Counted from the first letter of the stretch, positions 34,507-45,167 are shown. The stretch: 64,000 bases of DNA from Diplonema japonicum (GCA_964019335.1 OZ025670.1:248001-312000), one strand, 5' to 3'. Made by a program: numbers and translations. The notes: generated from the letters alone by a model not told the origin.

Positions 34507-35210
34507 ATGGGAAACCTTGCAGGGAAGCTGAAGGATCTCTTCGGCGGGAGCAAGAGGATCGAGCTATGCCTGGTGGGGCTTGAAAACAGTGGGAAAACGA
34601 CCCTTCTGAACATACTGTCGTCTGGGTACCCTGTAGACACTATGCCCACCGTGGGGCTCAACGTGAAGGCAGTGAAAAAAGAAGGAGTGCACATGAAAGT
34701 ATGGGATTTAGGAGGGCAGGAACGGTTCCGAGGAGAGTGGCCGAGGTACACCCATGGGTGCGATGTGATTGTGTTCGTAGTGGACAGCTCTGATGTATGT
34801 TTTTTTTTTTTTTTTTTTTTTTTTTTCCCCGCAATCACACAGTTCGAGAGAATCCACATCGCGAAGAAGGAGCTCCACAAGCTTCTTGAGGACAGGCACT
34901 TGAATGGGCTGCCTCTGCTTATTGTGTTGAACAAGATTGATTTAGACCCTCGAATGGCAAAGGAAGATGTATGAGGGTGGAAAAAAAAAAAGAAAAAAAA
35001 GAAAATACTCGCACAGGTTATTAAGGAGATGCATCTTGACTACATTACCGAAAACACCTGGATGGTCACCCAAATCAGGTTTGGATGGAGGGGAATAATA
35101 ATAATAATAATGATATAAAAGAAAAAAAAAAAAAAAAAAAAAACAGTGCTACTCAGCGTCATAATATCAACGAGGTTGTAGACTGGCTCACAAAACACGC
35201 TAAAAAATAG
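34507..35210 (+). CDS. ARF-like small GTPase of the ARL8/ARL18 group
   Basis: MGN N-terminus, GLENSGKTT, WDLGGQ, NKID, ISA; introns 34795-34842, 34969-35016 and 35079-35146. Confidence 0.9.
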
Positions 35211-35327
35211 AAAGGAAGGAAAAGAAGACGGTGTTGGTTCGCTCCCCTACCCTTGTTCCCTTTTAGTGTATTTTTTTTCTTTTCTTCTTGTTATCTGTAT
35301 CTTTTTTTTTTTTCTTTTTTGCTTTGT

Positions 35328-35364
<37 letters not shown>

Positions 35365-36111
35365 CCCTCAAGCGCCACCTCTTTTCGTGGGGAATTGAGG
35401 AGGGGTGGCATTATGCTCTTTTTTTTAAAATGATTTTCTTCCTGTTTTGGAAGAAAAAAAAAAATAATAAATAAATAAGAGGAAGAGTGATTGGGGAACA
35501 AGAGAGAAAGCGGCCAGGGGTGCAGGAGAGGAGAAAAGGGATGAGAAGAGAAAAAGAGATGTGATGTTACCCCCCTTTTTTTTTGTCTTACCTTTATATT
35601 TCTTGTGTCGCTTGTTCTTCTTTTTTTAGTAGTTTTCTTTTTTATTTATTTATTTCTTGCCCGCCATTTTGTTTTTTTTTTCTTACTATTCTCTAAGAAA
35701 AGAGATACGTAATTTTTAAAAAAAAAAGGAGAGGGGGGGGAAGAGAGGAGGGAGAAAAAAAAATTGTGCCTTTTTTTTATTGTTCTTTTTTTTTTTTTTT
35801 TAGCTCTCGTTCTTTTCCTTTTTTTATTTCTTGTTTTTTTTTATTTCGGAAAGCCCGCCGCCACCAAGCTATTCTTCCCCCCCCCCCCCCCCCCCCCCCG
35901 TCAGCGTCTCCGCTCTGCTCAAACGTGTCCCTCCGTCGGCCCCTTCAGGGGTTCATACCTCGGCTTCGGCAGGTCCTCCCACAGCTCCTTGTGTACTCCC
36001 CACTCTTTTCTCTACTGGATTCCGATACCTTTTTTTTTCATGAAATCTTCACTAGGTGCCCCTTTTTTTTTCCCCCCAATCTCCAGCTCCCCGGGGTGTC
36101 AAAAAAAAAAA

Positions 36112-36939
36112 ATGTTCCAAGACAGGTTTGGCACTGAAACGCAGTGCAACCAAGAAAACGCGGATGAATGGCTGGACGATGGTATATAACAAAACAAAAA
36201 AAAAAAAAAAAATACAGTACTGGGCAGGGCACCCCGGCGGATCGAACCAAAAACAGGTTTTGAATCTGAACCTTTAATATACGGAAAAGAGAAGAAGTCA
36301 AAAGGATGCTTAGGCTGCATGAGCACAAGTATATTGATACTCAACATAATATTCTTCCTGATCGGGGGTGCGGTGATAGGACTCTCCATCGCCATGATGA
36401 AGGACAGCTCGTGGAACACTGTGTGCACTGACTGTACCAATTTCTTCTACTTCACTATTGGCCTCGGTGCCGCTGTTATGGTGGTGTCGCTTGTTGGGAT
36501 TTTCGGATCGAAATGCAGCAAGCTCGCTCTTACTTTCTACACCTGTTTCATGGTTTTTGCTATTATAATACAGGTTGCAATTATTATTATGATTATCCTC
36601 TTGGACGCCGGCGAGTTCACAAACCACATGGGGAGCTTATGGCGGTCTTCGGTGAAGTCTGACAGTCATGCTGTGTGCGATGTGCAGCACAGTCTCGCCT
36701 GCAGCGGCTGGGACAATTGTTGCACCTGTCTTCCGACCCCCGTTTCGTCCCGGACAGATTGCCCCGCCGACTGTTCCTACAACGTTAACCCTATCTCTTG
36801 CAAAAAGAAAATGCAGGATGACCTTCACAGCAACCTACCTTACATCTTGAGTGCGGCTTGCCTCATTTTAGCGCTGTTTTTAATGTGCCTCGTGTTCAGC
36901 TGTCTGATTAGAAAAAGATACCGTAAGAGCGAATACTAG
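36112..36939 (+). CDS. Tetraspanin-like protein
   Basis: Four TM segments and a Cys-rich large loop (VQHSLACSGW, CSG in place of CCG). Exon 1 at 36112-36181 joins via intron 36182-36217. Confidence 0.8.
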
Positions 36940-37009
36940 AAGCTCTATTTTTTTTCTTTTTTCTTTTTCTTCCGATACTTTTTTTTTTTTTTTTTTTTTC
37001 TTTTTTTTT

Positions 37010-37121
37010 TTTTGCTGGAACAAGTAAACAAATTTTTGAAAAGAATTGTTATTGCAAAAAAGAGTAGAGGCAGCTTGTCCGTTTACCCCTACTGTAGGTG
37101 AGAACGGCTTTGCACAAACAA
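37010..37121 (+). ncRNA. Structured intergenic element family, copy B
   Basis: Same motif order as copy A; stem CCGTT/AACGG. Confidence 0.6.
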
Positions 37122-37325
37122 TCAGCCGACTCTTTTTTTTTTTTTTTTTTTTTTTTTGTCTGTTCCCATCTTTCCTACTGTGTTTTAAAAAAAGAAAATA
37201 TATAAAAAAATAAAAGTCTTAGTTTTTTTTTATTTTGTCTTTCTTTTTTGTCTTTTTTTTTTTTCCATACCACCACCACCACCCTCCCCCCAGCGCGGGG
37301 GCCAACAAAAAAAGGGGGGAAAAAA

Positions 37326-38162
37326 ATGCAAGACAGCGCAGATAATTCCTCATGGCCAAGACGGGTTGGGTTGTTTGGGACACACAATTACAAACCATTC
37401 GAAATAGAAAAATCTGAGTTGGAGGTGAAGATAGAAGAAGGCGGCGACCCAGAGTGCCTCATAGAGGTGACACATCACACAAAAGTGGAGCACCATACTG
37501 CCTGTCTTTGGTTCCCCGTGTCGGAGCTCAACGGAGCTTCCGGGTTTGGCGTTTCTGTGAATGACGAACGAATAGTAGGCACACTTCAGAAGGCTGTGTC
37601 GGCAACTGAGTGCATACCCCACCCCGTCCACGCCCCAAGAGACTCTACATCCCTGTACTATTTCTACAGAGAGCAAGCTGACTGCCTTACTGACATGGAT
37701 GTGAACGGGAAGGCAATCGTGAAAATTGTTTACAAGTGCAAGTTGATGCCGGTGGAGCTTGCTGATAAGAAGTGGCACCCTTGCTTCATGCTGCCAGTTG
37801 CGTCGTGCTTCCCCCGCGGGGTGGATTTTGCGAAGGTAACGGTGAAAATGAAGGAGTTGATAAGGGAGATATACTGTGGTATGGGAGGAGGGGTTTTTAA
37901 TTTTAAAAAAAAAAAAAAAAAAGTCGACCCCAGCGATAGGATTTTCCCTCGTTACAACAACAATGAAGCTGTTGTGAATTTCAGCCCGAGCCAGGCAATA
38001 TCTCCCAGCACCGACCTCTTTATCTTGGGGGTTGACACCGGGCCGAAGATTATACGGGATTGGGACTTCAAGAGCCTGACCTTGTTGATCTTGGTGCTGA
38101 TCGCCGCGATTTCGATCCATCTTTTGAATACCGAGGAAAGCGGTCACGATGTCTTCAGTTGA
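37326..38162 (+). CDS. VIT-like domain protein with a C-terminal TM helix
   Basis: TACLWFPV..ASGFGVSVNDERIVGTLQK resembles VIT; in-frame intron 37879-37923; TM LTLLILVLIAAISIHLL. Confidence 0.6.
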   Translation: MQDSADNSSWPRRVGLFGTHNYKPFEIEKSELEVKIEEGGDPECLIEVTHHTKVEHHTACLWFPVSELNGASGFGVSVNDERIVGTLQKAVSATECIPHPVHAPRDSTSLYYFYREQADCLTDMDVNGKAIVKIVYKCKLMPVELADKKWHPCFMLPVASCFPRGVDFAKVTVKMKELIREIYCGMGGGVFNFKKKKKKVDPSDRIFPRYNNNEAVVNFSPSQAISPSTDLFILGVDTGPKIIRDWDFKSLTLLILVLIAAISIHLLNTEESGHDVFS

Positions 38163-38406
38163 AATTTTTCAAAAAAGGTGTTTTTTTCTTCTTTCTTTCT
38201 TTCTACTTAAGGGTTTACTTCTGTAAAGTTAAATTTTCTTTCTTTTTCTTTTTTTTTTTTTTTTTTTTTTTGTATGCTTAAAAAAATTCGGTCTAGTTTG
38301 GGCATTTTAAAAACTTGAAATAACTATGCTGGGCAAACGTTTCCCCGTTTCTTGCTTAACATAGCCCCAAGGAGGCTCCCTTAAAAAAGAAAAGGAAAAA
38401 AAAAAA

Positions 38407-39945
38407 ATGACTCAGCTCATCTACAGGCTGCATCTTCCCTCCGAAAAACCTACGCTACGCCCCCACGATGCCTCTATAGGGCACGGTGTGATCGGTGTAA
38501 TAGAAACACCGTCAAAATTTTTAATAGGAAGGGTGACAGGTGGTTTGGAGGAAACCAGCGAAGAGCGAACAAACGCAAGCATAACCCGAATAGCAGTGGG
38601 GTCTGTAGGGGAGCTAGCGTATGCAGACGAAACAGGTACGGTGGTCATCGAAGGCACAGAGGAAATCAAACTGAAGAACACCGACAACGAAGAAGTTCGG
38701 TTTTTGAAATGGGTTGAAACCGGTCTGGCCATCATCTTCAAAACTTCACTACAAATAGTCGACAAGTTCAGCGGCCAAACAAAAACCAACATTGCCCTTG
38801 ACCCGGAACTCCATATTAATGACATCGACTCAGCTTCATTCACAAAGTTGTGGTGTGTCATCTCGTGCCGTCACACTGTTCAGGTCTCCTCACTGGAGTT
38901 AAATGAAACATGGGTTCTACCGGCGGAGTGTGCGTTGGTCATCCCAACCATGATGAAAATCGCTGTTGCGTCGCTGTCCTGTGTTGAACTGCACCCTTTG
39001 CCAACGGATACTAACCCACCTTTACTGGTAGATCTGAACAGAGCAACAATACCTCAACGAGAGGACCATGACACAGTTATCCTGTCCCTCTTGAAACCGG
39101 AAAAGCTCTGCGTAGTGACCGGAGGCTGGGTACACTGCTACGAAATATCAGAGAAGAGCATCACTCTAGACAGATCTGTCCAAATCTGCAAGGAAACCAT
39201 TATTGCGGTAGGAAGAGCATCCTTCAGAAAAACAGAGGACGGTATCAACAACGACTTCATACTCATCACGAATAACGGTCTTGTGATACGTCACGGTACC
39301 GTGAATGTGACGAAAATTGAACATGAAACATCGGAGTTTTGGGATGTTGAGGACAAAATAAATGCCTGTATGCAGGGTAGGAACGAGCTTTATGTAGCAG
39401 ACAGGTTGAAAGAAGGCCTCCCGCCTGTCAAATTTGTCGTGGATGATGCTTGGAAGATCGATAACCGTTTGCTGAAAACACGGTTTGATCGCCTGCACTC
39501 CGTGTCTGACCCTCCTCTGAACAGGGTGCGGTACGCCTTCCACGGCACCTCACCGCAAAATATCGACAGTATTATCATGAAAGGCCTTCTTCCCTTCACG
39601 CATCCTTTGTCCATAGCTGGGCGGGTGGACGAAGGGTATTTTGGCTCCACCTCGAAGGGTATTTACGTATCCAGGTTCGCCGACTATTCCCTGCAGTACT
39701 CCAACAACGTGAGGCCACTTGAGCCACCGCACAGCGTGCTGCTGTTGATGTTCACCACACTCCCCGGGCGGTCCCTGCATGTCAAAGAGGCCGTTGGGCC
39801 CGTGGACCCAACCCCTGGATACGACAGCCATGAATCACCGAATTTTTTAGAATGGTATTTGTTTGACGAAGCGCGGTGCTGTCCTGCCATGCTGCTACAG
39901 ATACGAGCGGTGGAGGACACGGCGACTGCAGGGAATGATTTTTGA
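38407..39945 (+). CDS. PARP/ADP-ribosyltransferase catalytic domain with a beta-propeller-like N-terminus
   Basis: FHGT..NIDSIIMKGL, GYFG..GIYVS..YSLQY, LEWYLFD (H-Y-E triad). Confidence 0.8.
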   Translation: MTQLIYRLHLPSEKPTLRPHDASIGHGVIGVIETPSKFLIGRVTGGLEETSEERTNASITRIAVGSVGELAYADETGTVVIEGTEEIKLKNTDNEEVRFLKWVETGLAIIFKTSLQIVDKFSGQTKTNIALDPELHINDIDSASFTKLWCVISCRHTVQVSSLELNETWVLPAECALVIPTMMKIAVASLSCVELHPLPTDTNPPLLVDLNRATIPQREDHDTVILSLLKPEKLCVVTGGWVHCYEISEKSITLDRSVQICKETIIAVGRASFRKTEDGINNDFILITNNGLVIRHGTVNVTKIEHETSEFWDVEDKINACMQGRNELYVADRLKEGLPPVKFVVDDAWKIDNRLLKTRFDRLHSVSDPPLNRVRYAFHGTSPQNIDSIIMKGLLPFTHPLSIAGRVDEGYFGSTSKGIYVSRFADYSLQYSNNVRPLEPPHSVLLLMFTTLPGRSLHVKEAVGPVDPTPGYDSHESPNFLEWYLFDEARCCPAMLLQIRAVEDTATAGNDF

Positions 39946-40067
39946 ACGAAAAAAAAAAAAGATTTTTTTTTTTTTTTTTTTTTGTTCACTACCAGGAAAA
40001 AAAAAAAAAAATAAAAATACAGGGAGATGAAGTAAAACCCAAAAAAAAAAAAAAAAAAAAAAAAAAA

Positions 40068-41768
40068 ATGCCACCCTCCGCAACTAGCAGCGCCACGCCA
40101 AGCCTCAGGGCAGTTGATCTGGAAGTCGTTTCGGAACGCCTTCATGTCGACCCGCGCACCATTCTGAAAAAACTGCAGGACCCTGTAGGGGGGAAGAACG
40201 TGAACGTCGATCTGCAAACGTTTGACGCGGCATGCAGCGGAGAAGGCGTCATCGAAGAGGACAAGAAGCGCGCGATGACAGGGCTGACAGCACCCTCTGC
40301 AAGCCCTGTCTTGTCCCTGACACCAAGCGTATACCCGATGACACCTCAAATGGGCGCCGACGACAAATCCAGATGGTGGGCGAACGATGAAACAGCACGC
40401 GTCCACAGCTCCATCGTACCTCGTAGCAAAGAACAAGCCATTCACATGGAATCAACACCGCTCCTAACAAGACGGAAGGAACACCATTGGACTCCGACAA
40501 AACCCGCTACTGGTGTAGTAGAACCCCGTCACCCTGCCACCGCATACATCATGCAGCTTGACAACGATAGATCACTTCTAACAGTTGTGAATGATGAGGA
40601 CGACGCCAAATCCATTGCGAACTCGGTTCTCCCGGATGAGATAAAAAAAATCGAGGTTCGTATCCGTGAAGACATGGATCACAAACCGCACCTCTACCTT
40701 GTTATGGAATTCGCCCGACCGCTATTTGGATGGGCTATCCTCCTCATCGGCGTAACCTGCATGGCCGCCGTCGGACCCGTCATCAAACTAATGTCCCGAA
40801 CAAACGTCTCCGGTTACATCATCGGCTGTTGGAACGCCCAAGGTCTATTCTTCATGTTTTCGACAATGACGCTTCTTCAAGGCCAGATCGGAAAACGAGA
40901 GATGCAATATATCAAAAGCAGGTTCGGGTTTATACTACTTGCATGCGCTGGGACCATCTCCGGGCTCGGGTCTGGGTCATGGACCTTATCATTCATGTAC
41001 ACATCGGTCCCGCAGAGCTACTTGTTTAACTCATTCCACCCATCGTTGATCATAGCATGGAGGTTACTTCTTGGAGGTAAGGTTTTGGCTGCTGAGAAGG
41101 TAGGTGTAGTTCTCGGGTTGCTCGGTGCGTCATTGTCGGTTTTAGATGGAGGCGGTGGTCCAAACGTCCCGCTGGGTGATATGTTAGCATTTGTATCGTC
41201 TGTCAGTCTTTGTTTTTACTTGCTGGCGAGTAAAAAAGCAAGGAACCACCTCCCATTAATGCTCAATCTGTCATTTGTAACGTTTTTTTCTGCAGTCTCG
41301 CAGCTTATTGTCGCGCATATATTCACCCCTGGTGGGTTGACGTTGGACACAAATCCTGTAACAGGTGTTTTTGGATGGTGGGACGCGTCGCATTTTAATA
41401 CGTGGATAGCTATTAACCTTGTTACAGGGATCGGGCAGGCAGGGTACATTGGTGCTTTGAAGTATCTGAACCCTGTGGTGGTTTCGATTTGTATGACTAC
41501 GGAACCTGCGACTGCGATGTGGTTCGCCATGCTTCTGCTCGGGGAAGGGTTGCCCAAGTTTTTCACCTTGGCGGGTGGTGTGCTCATTATTGCCAGTTCT
41601 ATCGTCGTCTCGATCTTCAGCGTTCATTCGAAGGAGAATGTTGAAATAGATCTCGAGGTGGACACAAAGGACATTGTGGCTCCTGAATCGCAGCGGCCTT
41701 CTCCCTGTGCTCTGCCGCAAGGCCAGCCTTGCAACTTATCATCACAAAGGGGTCGGCATGCAGCGTGA
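40068..41768 (+). CDS. EamA/DMT superfamily transporter with a long N-terminal extension
   Basis: About 10 TM; TSVPQSYLFNSFHP, LGDMLAF, ALKYLNPVVVS..TEP. Confidence 0.85.
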   Translation: MPPSATSSATPSLRAVDLEVVSERLHVDPRTILKKLQDPVGGKNVNVDLQTFDAACSGEGVIEEDKKRAMTGLTAPSASPVLSLTPSVYPMTPQMGADDKSRWWANDETARVHSSIVPRSKEQAIHMESTPLLTRRKEHHWTPTKPATGVVEPRHPATAYIMQLDNDRSLLTVVNDEDDAKSIANSVLPDEIKKIEVRIREDMDHKPHLYLVMEFARPLFGWAILLIGVTCMAAVGPVIKLMSRTNVSGYIIGCWNAQGLFFMFSTMTLLQGQIGKREMQYIKSRFGFILLACAGTISGLGSGSWTLSFMYTSVPQSYLFNSFHPSLIIAWRLLLGGKVLAAEKVGVVLGLLGASLSVLDGGGGPNVPLGDMLAFVSSVSLCFYLLASKKARNHLPLMLNLSFVTFFSAVSQLIVAHIFTPGGLTLDTNPVTGVFGWWDASHFNTWIAINLVTGIGQAGYIGALKYLNPVVVSICMTTEPATAMWFAMLLLGEGLPKFFTLAGGVLIIASSIVVSIFSVHSKENVEIDLEVDTKDIVAPESQRPSPCALPQGQPCNLSSQRGRHAA

Positions 41769-41870
41769 AAAAAAAAAAAACTTTTTTTGAACTTCCTGTT
41801 AATGGCTCAAATTTATAAAGAAATTGCTTCAGACACTTTCGAAAACAAGGATTTTTTTTTTCCTTTTTTT

Positions 41871-41888
41871 TTTTGCGTAAGCAAGAAG

Positions 41889-41921
<33 letters not shown>

Positions 41922-42026
41922 AATAATTATTTGTAAGTGAATTGTTATTTTGCTTTAAAAAAAAGAGTCGAGGCAGCTTTGTTCGGCTTTAACCTTCTCG
42001 GGATACCGCCGACTTTGCACAAACAA
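41871..42026 (+). ncRNA. Structured intergenic element family, copy C
   Basis: Same motif order as copies A and B; stem TCGGC/GCCGA. Confidence 0.6.
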
Positions 42027-42531
42027 AATGTTTTTTTTAGGAAAAAAAGGGGGGGGGGAGGTTATTTTTTTTTTTGAGCAATCAGTTTGTCATCACGAAA
42101 ATGTGGATGTGTGAAAAAGAACCACCGGGCGCCCTCGCCAAAAAAAGGGGGGTGGGGGAGTGGATTCGAATTCAAATTTTTTTACACACCACTAATTTTC
42201 TGTAACAGCTCTAGAAGAGGGGGGGGGGGGGGGGAGGGGAGGGTGGTGAAAGGTTTATTTGATTTCTTTTTCTGCCGGAGGGGTCAACGTTGCTAACAAT
42301 CCCTCCCTTTCTTCCTTCCGAACGTATACTTGAATGCCTCATACCCATGGGATAGGGGAGGAAAAAAAAAAGAAAAAAAAAACGACAAAAGAAAAGAAGA
42401 AATAAATGTACTTCACCCTAAAGGACGGGGTACAGGAAGGGGGGGAAAAACCTCTGCAGCGCTACGGTATTTTTTTGATGATGATCTTAATGTGGAATGC
42501 CTTCCCCCCCCCTTTTTTTTCTGTTCTTACA

Positions 42532-42661
42532 TTTGTGTTGACGTTACACTTGAGGTGCCCAGTTATTCTGATTAAAGAGGGCACCTACGACTTTGAACGC
42601 GAACAAAGGACAACCCTAGTCGTTATCCATCACATCCAAACGGCAAACGGAAGGGACACAC
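42532..42661 (+). ncRNA. Candidate H/ACA-like guide RNA
   Basis: Lower stem TTTGTGTT/AACGCGAA; upper stem AGGTGCCC/GGGCACCT; pocket complementary to SSU rRNA; ACA at 42603; ANANNA (AAAGGA) at 42605; weaker second hairpin and ACA at 42656. Confidence 0.4.
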
Positions 42662-42894
42662 ATGTTATTTGATTTATTTTTTTCCTTTTTTTGCTATTTT
42701 TCAATGCGTGATGTTATTTTTTTTTTTGTTGCCTAAAATGTTAGGAAAAACTGCTCAAAAAAAAAAAAAAACCCCTCCCCTTCACAGGGCGGATGTCAAT
42801 TTTTTTGTTTTTAATTTTTTTTTGCGGCAGGAAGAAAAAAAAGAAGAAAGAAAAAAAAAAAAAAAAAAGGGAAAATAAAAAAAGTCGAGTTCCT

Positions 42895-42932
<38 letters not shown>

Positions 42933-43083
42933 CGTTTGAAATCAAAAAAAAAAAAAAAAAAAAGCCAGGAAATTGGTAGTTTCCCCCTTCGAACGCTTCC
43001 GTTTTTTTTTCTCTTTTTTTTTCATATACCACACATATCGTACACCCATAAAGTTTAGAAAAAAAAAAAAAAAAAAAAAAAAA

Positions 43084-43623
43084 ATGCCTCCCTTGAAAAC
43101 CGAAAAGGCGCGAAGCGCTCAGTCAAAATGCCAGCTTACACAATGCAAGGAAAAGATTGAAAAGGGCGACCTCAGAATTGGTACCGGGTCTATGATGCCG
43201 GGAAATGATGATTATACCTTTAAGTGGAGACATGTGTGCTGCTTCACAAAGAAGCAAATCAGCAACCTTGGCAACGACTACAACCCCAGCGAGATTGAGG
43301 GGTATGATGACTTGGGTGAGGAAGACCAGGATCTAATCCAGCAGATGCTTGCTGGGAAGCTCATTGACAAGACCTCTCTCAAAGGCAAGACGGGTGACAA
43401 CGCAGGCGCGGGCAGTGATGATGACAGTGAAGAGGAAAAGAAGAAGCCCAAAAAGAAGGCTGCTAAGAAACCCGCTCCTAAGGCCAAAAAGGGTCGCAAG
43501 AGGGCTCACTCTGAGTCAAGCTCTGATTCGGACTCTTCCTCGTCTTCATCTTCATCTTCGTCTTCATCTTCATCTTCCTCTGAGCCCCCCAAGAAGAAGG
43601 GCAGGAAGAACGTCAGGAAGTAA
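43084..43623 (+). CDS. Stand-alone PARP-type zinc finger protein with a Lys/Ser-rich tail
   Basis: EKARSAQSKC..C..KIEKGDLRIG..WRHVCCF. Confidence 0.85.
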   Translation: MPPLKTEKARSAQSKCQLTQCKEKIEKGDLRIGTGSMMPGNDDYTFKWRHVCCFTKKQISNLGNDYNPSEIEGYDDLGEEDQDLIQQMLAGKLIDKTSLKGKTGDNAGAGSDDDSEEEKKKPKKKAAKKPAPKAKKGRKRAHSESSSDSDSSSSSSSSSSSSSSSSEPPKKKGRKNVRK

Positions 43624-43993
43624 GAATGCAATTTCGAAGGAAAAAAAAAAGAAGAAAAAAAAAAGGCAAGAAAATCATATCCCATCGAAAAAGCTTTTTT
43701 TTAAATTATTTTTTTTGATATCCCCCCCGCCCCCCATTTGATTGTGTAGTACCAAACGGTTAAACAATCTGATTTATTTTTTCGTTTCCCCCCTTAGAAT
43801 TTTTCGTCTGATACACCATGTTTTCTAAAACGGTTGGAGGGAAAAAAAAAAAAAAAAAAAAAAAAAACATGGCATAAAGTGCTCGGACGCTTTTATAGAT
43901 AAAAAAAAAAACTCTTTATTCTTTTTTTTTTTTTTTTTTATGAAACAACCCCAAAAAAAACTCAAAAAGATACAAAAAAAAAAAAAAAAAAAA

Positions 43994-45064
43994 ATGCCGC
44001 CTTTAAAAGTCGAATATGCAAAAAGCGCCCGCAGCAGGTGTGCGAACAAACAGTGTGCGGAGATAATAGAAAAAGGCGAGCTCCGGATAGGAACGGGAAA
44101 CATGATGCCTGGCATGGATGACTACAGCTATAAGTGGAGACATTTATGTTGCTTTACAAAGAGGCAACTTACAAGCCTATCAACGATAGATCAGCTTGAC
44201 GGCTACGACGATGTAAAGGACGGGGAGCAACAACTACTGGTGAAGCTGGTGAACGGGGAGTTAATTGACAAAGTTGAACTGAAGGGAGCCACTGGGGATT
44301 GTACAATTGGAACAAAGAGGCCCCACGACGTCGCCGAAGAAGAGGACACCGCCCCGCTCGCCAAAAAACCCAAACCCGCACCCAAGAAAAAAAAAGACCC
44401 CAACTCCCCAAAGAAACCGAAGAACGCGTTCATGTTTTTTCTTCAAGAACAGCAGCCTATCATGAGAGGCGAGAAACCCGACGTGCCGTTGAAGGATATT
44501 AAAAAGGAAATCGCAAACGTCTGGGCGGACCTTGAAGACGACAAGGGAAAGCCGTACAGAGAGCGCGCAAGAGCAGACAAGAAACGATATGATGAGGAAA
44601 CGAAAAAACATGAAGAAATGAAAAAAGACGAGGAAGATGGTGCCGATTGTGTGGTTGTCTCACCACCTGTACCTGTACCTGTGCCCGTGCCTACACCATC
44701 ACCCATTGCAAAGAAACAACATTTTGTTGATGAAGAGAGCGACATCAGTGAAGAAGTTGACAGTGAAAAATGTGTGCCCGTGTCTGCCAAGCCTGCTTGC
44801 AAGTACGGTGACGCGTGCTACAGGGAAAACCCTGCACATCTAGCCCAGTTCTCCCATCCGAGGGACCTAGATGTTGCGGAGGTGAAGCCAAAAATGAAAG
44901 CGAAGCCGGTTGAGGAACCCTCGCCTTCTCCCCCTCCCCCCGTGAAGAAACAACCCGCACCCACAACCGCCACCGCCACCGCTGCCAACACGACAAATCT
45001 GCCTGTTTGTCCTTATGGTGCGCTGTGCTGTAGAACTGCTAATGATGTATGTTTAATGCTTTGG

Positions 45065-45111
<47 letters not shown>

Positions 45112-45167
45112 AGCATGTCAATAAGTTCTACCATCCAACCGAAGATCTGGATGATGAAGAAGAATAA
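43994..45167 (+). CDS. PARP-type zinc finger + HMG box + two PBZ (APLF-type) fingers
   Basis: EYAKSARSRC..WRHLCCF; KDPNSPKKPKNAFMFF..W..L..K..Y; CKYGDACYRENPAHLAQFSHP. Intron 45047-45113 completes CPYGALCCRTANDHVNKFYHP. Confidence 0.9.

Noticed and set aside
24891-42026. Assignment of the three-copy element to hammerhead, twister, pistol or HDV ribozymes, or to a MITE
   Set aside because: Core catalytic motifs are absent, the terminal inverted match is short and imperfect, and no target-site duplication is seen.
42150-42175. tRNA or Pol III B-box-like GGATTCGAATTC
   Set aside because: No cloverleaf or properly spaced A box. No tRNA, rRNA or SL RNA gene was recognised in the window.
5076-43032. 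Poly-Lys/Phe/Gly/Pro ORFs and N-terminal extensions (e.g. 19636, 27387, 39942, 42973)
   Set aside because: They are translations of homopolymer spacers; the real starts are the ATGs after the A-runs.
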